DNA from: Zygnema circumcarinatum SAG 698-1b
Taxonomy: Eukaryota > Plantae > Zygnematophyceae
DNA: 64,000 nt
Assembly: GCA_037447605.1 (NCBI GenBank)
Contig: CM074823.1
Location: 744,001 to 808,000, forward strand
Direction: 5' to 3'
Part shown: piece by piece, positions 62,101-64,000 of the stretch
Layout: the number at the start of each line of letters is the position of its first letter
How positions within the stretch are numbered: the first letter of the stretch is position 1
Translations under genes and position numbers: made by a program
Notes under the pieces: model-generated
Told to the model about the DNA's origin: nothing
Seen by the model: the letters and a program-made list of their open reading frames with translations, nothing else
Databases searched by the model: none

Positions 62101-63281
62101 CCTTTCTTCTCCCTCCCTCCCGCCCTCCCTGTCTCTCTCTCTCCCTCCCACCCCTCCCTCCCTTCTCCCTCCCGCCCTCCCTCTCACTCTCTCTCCCTCC
62201 CACCCCTCCCTCCCTTCTCCCTCCCGCCCTCCCTCTCTCTCTCTCTCCCTCCCTCCCACCCCTCCCTCCCTGCTCCATCCGCCCTCCCTCTCTCTCTCTC
62301 CCTCCCTCCCACCCCTCCCTCCCTTCTCCCTCCCTCCCGCCCTCCCTCTCTCTCTCTCTCCCTCCCTCCCACCCCTCCCTCCCTTCTCCCTCCCGCCCTT
62401 CCTCTCTCTCTCTCTCCCTCCCTCCCACCCCTCCCTCCCTTCTCCCTCCCTCCCGCCCTCCCTCTCTCTCTCTCTCTCTCCCTCCCTCCACCCCTCCCTC
62501 CCTTCTCCCTCCGCCCTCCCTCCTCTCTCTCTCTCCTCCCTCCCTCCCACCCCTCCCTTCGTTCTCCCTCCCGCCCTCCCTCCCTCTCTCTCTCCCTCCC
62601 TCCCTCCCTCCCACCCCTCCCTCCCTTCTCCCTCCCTCCCGCCCTCCCTCTCTCTCCCTTCCGTGACCCTTGCGCAGGAATCAGCTTCTGGTCTGCCTCC
62701 TGAAAATGAGTCGCGAGAATCTCGGGCGCATGCCCAAAGTGGTGGGCATAGACGTTGTGGAGATGGCGCTATGGGCACAGGCAAGGCCGCATACCCACAA
62801 CTTAAAAATAAGTAAATAAAAAATAGCTTGAACGGCAGACTCCTAAGATCTGATCTTTGGGAACTCTGACGATATTCAAATGTTAAAATATCCAAAAACT
62901 GTGTTTTTTAAAGTATCTGTATTCTGTAAATCCTAAAGCAATTCTACGTATTCCTTTCCCACTTTTCTCTGTCAATCCTCCCCAACTCCACTCTCCCCTG
63001 CTTTCTGCCTTTTCGATACAGACAAGAAACCCTAAAAACCAGGTCTGCCTCTCTGCTTCCTCCTCCTTTAATCACTGTTTGCTTAGTTTTTATTCATTCA
63101 CTTTTTTCTTTTTTTGTTTATGTTTGCAGAAAAATGCAAAGCCGTTAGCTATTGGGTCGAGTGGGCTCCCTCCTGTGGGAGGATTCCGAGAGGAGGGGCC
63201 GACTCCTGTCGACACTATCGCAGTGCAGCAAGACATGGTCTCTAAGGTGGAGGAGGAGGACATGGAGGCCCTGCTTGGCAC
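59152..63281 (+). CDS. SEC3: Exocyst complex component SEC3 (5' part; continues beyond the window)
   Basis: Exons 59152-59311 ([21 protein letters not shown]), 59989-60062, 60313-60393, 61151-61212, 62678-62780 ([25 protein letters not shown]; GC donor) and 63130-63281 ([17 protein letters not shown]). All phases agree and the motifs match plant SEC3. Confidence 0.93.
60410..60885. repeat. Interstitial telomere-like (CCCTAA)n array in SEC3 intron 3
   Basis: Degenerate CCTAAC units. Similar TTAGGG-type arrays occur at ~59795-59945, ~37108-37295 and ~28870-28925. Confidence 0.85.
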
Positions 63282-64000
63282 GTGCGTCACTCTCTCTCCC
63301 TCACCCTGCTTCTTCTCTCTCCTCCCTCTCGCTCCTCCCTCACCCTCCTCCCGCTCTCTCCTCCCTCACTCGCCTCCCTCACCCTGCTCCCTCACTTTCC
63401 TCCTGCTCTCTCCTCCCTCACTCTCCTCCCTCACCTTCCTCCTGCTCACTCCTCCCTCACTCTCCTCCCTCACCCTCCTCCCGCTCTCTCCTCCCTCACT
63501 CTCCTTCCTCACCCTGCTCCCTCACCTTCCTCCTGCTCTCTCTTTCCTCACTCTCCTCCCTCACCCTCCTCCCGCTCTCTCCTCCCTCACTCTCCTTCCT
63601 CACCCTGCTCCCTCACCTTCCTCCTGCTCACTCCTCCCTCACTCTCCTCCCTCACCCTCCTCCCGCTCTCTCCTCCCTCACTCTCCTTCCTCACCCTGCT
63701 CCCTCACCTTCCTCCTGCTCTCTCTTTCCTCACTCTCCTCCCTCACCCTCCTCCCGCTCTCTCCTCCCTCACCCTTCTCCCGCTCTCTCCTCCCTCACTC
63801 TCCTTCCTCATCCTCCTCCCGCTCCCTCCTCCCTCACCCTCCTCCCTCAACCTTCTCCCTCTCTCTCCTCCCTCCTCTCCTCCGTCATGAGTCCATCTCA
63901 GTTCCGTTCACTTTGCATCGCTTTTGTTCTGTCTCTCTGTTCCATTTCGTTCCGTTCTGTTTACCATCGTTCAATGCAGTTTAGTCCAATACTATCCAGT

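Noticed and set aside
47186-62782. Introner origin of the GC-AG introns
   Set aside because: No TIRs, TSDs or mutual sequence similarity among those introns.
39349-63281. Functional 'Sec' cluster of SECA2 and SEC3
   Set aside because: The shared name is coincidental: plastid protein translocation and exocyst tethering are unrelated pathways. Only the head-to-head layout is retained.
935-63984. Dozens of long Pro/Ser/Leu- or Gly/Glu/Arg-rich ORFs (e.g. 47291-49894, 15325-16710, 61595-62815)
   Set aside because: They are translations of stop-poor CT/GA microsatellites lying inside introns of identified genes.
1-64000. tRNA, rRNA or snRNA genes; bacterial contamination or HGT
   Set aside because: No cloverleaf, rRNA or snRNA signatures were recognised by eye (a covariance-model scan was not possible); all genes are spliceosomal-intron-rich plant types.

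Overview
This is a eukaryotic nuclear window from a green plant lineage. A streptophyte alga or other non-seed streptophyte is inferred from an F/A/A/R-filter NIP, a plant-type CDKA with a 9-nt first exon, SECA2, a Copia element and TTTAGGG-like repeats. Introns are long and filled with CT/GA microsatellites, so almost all long ORFs in the supplied track are low-complexity artefacts. Spliced genes reconstructed by hand: NIP aquaporin (-, 1641-4215), CDKA (+, 13677-19056), PP1/TOPP (+, 28966-32944), EMG1/NEP1 (-, 35507-38138), a divergent plastid SECA2 (-, 39349-58056) and SEC3 (+, from 59152, running off the window). SECA2 and SEC3 are head-to-head. Between CDKA and PP1 lie a broken HIPL1-like gene split by a frameshifted Ty1/Copia element, a 100-N gap and a second copy of the CDKA 3' end that is probably an assembly or haplotype duplicate. 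Positions 1.2-12.7 kb hold a stack of non-autonomous TIR elements (a TA-flanked MITE and two long-palindrome foldback families) around the NIP gene. Best leads: an 11-unit 36-bp minisatellite of MSA (MYB3R-type) sites upstream of EMG1; SECA2 3' splice sites capped by a recurring CTGCCCG..CGGGCAG hairpin whose motif also occurs in the foldback elements; an in-frame TAG and altered motif VI in SECA2; three GC-AG introns; and a periodic telobox array in PP1 intron 1. The assembly has seven N gaps and visibly error-rich blocks, so every disabling mutation needs read-level confirmation. All homologies are recognised by eye, not by database search.
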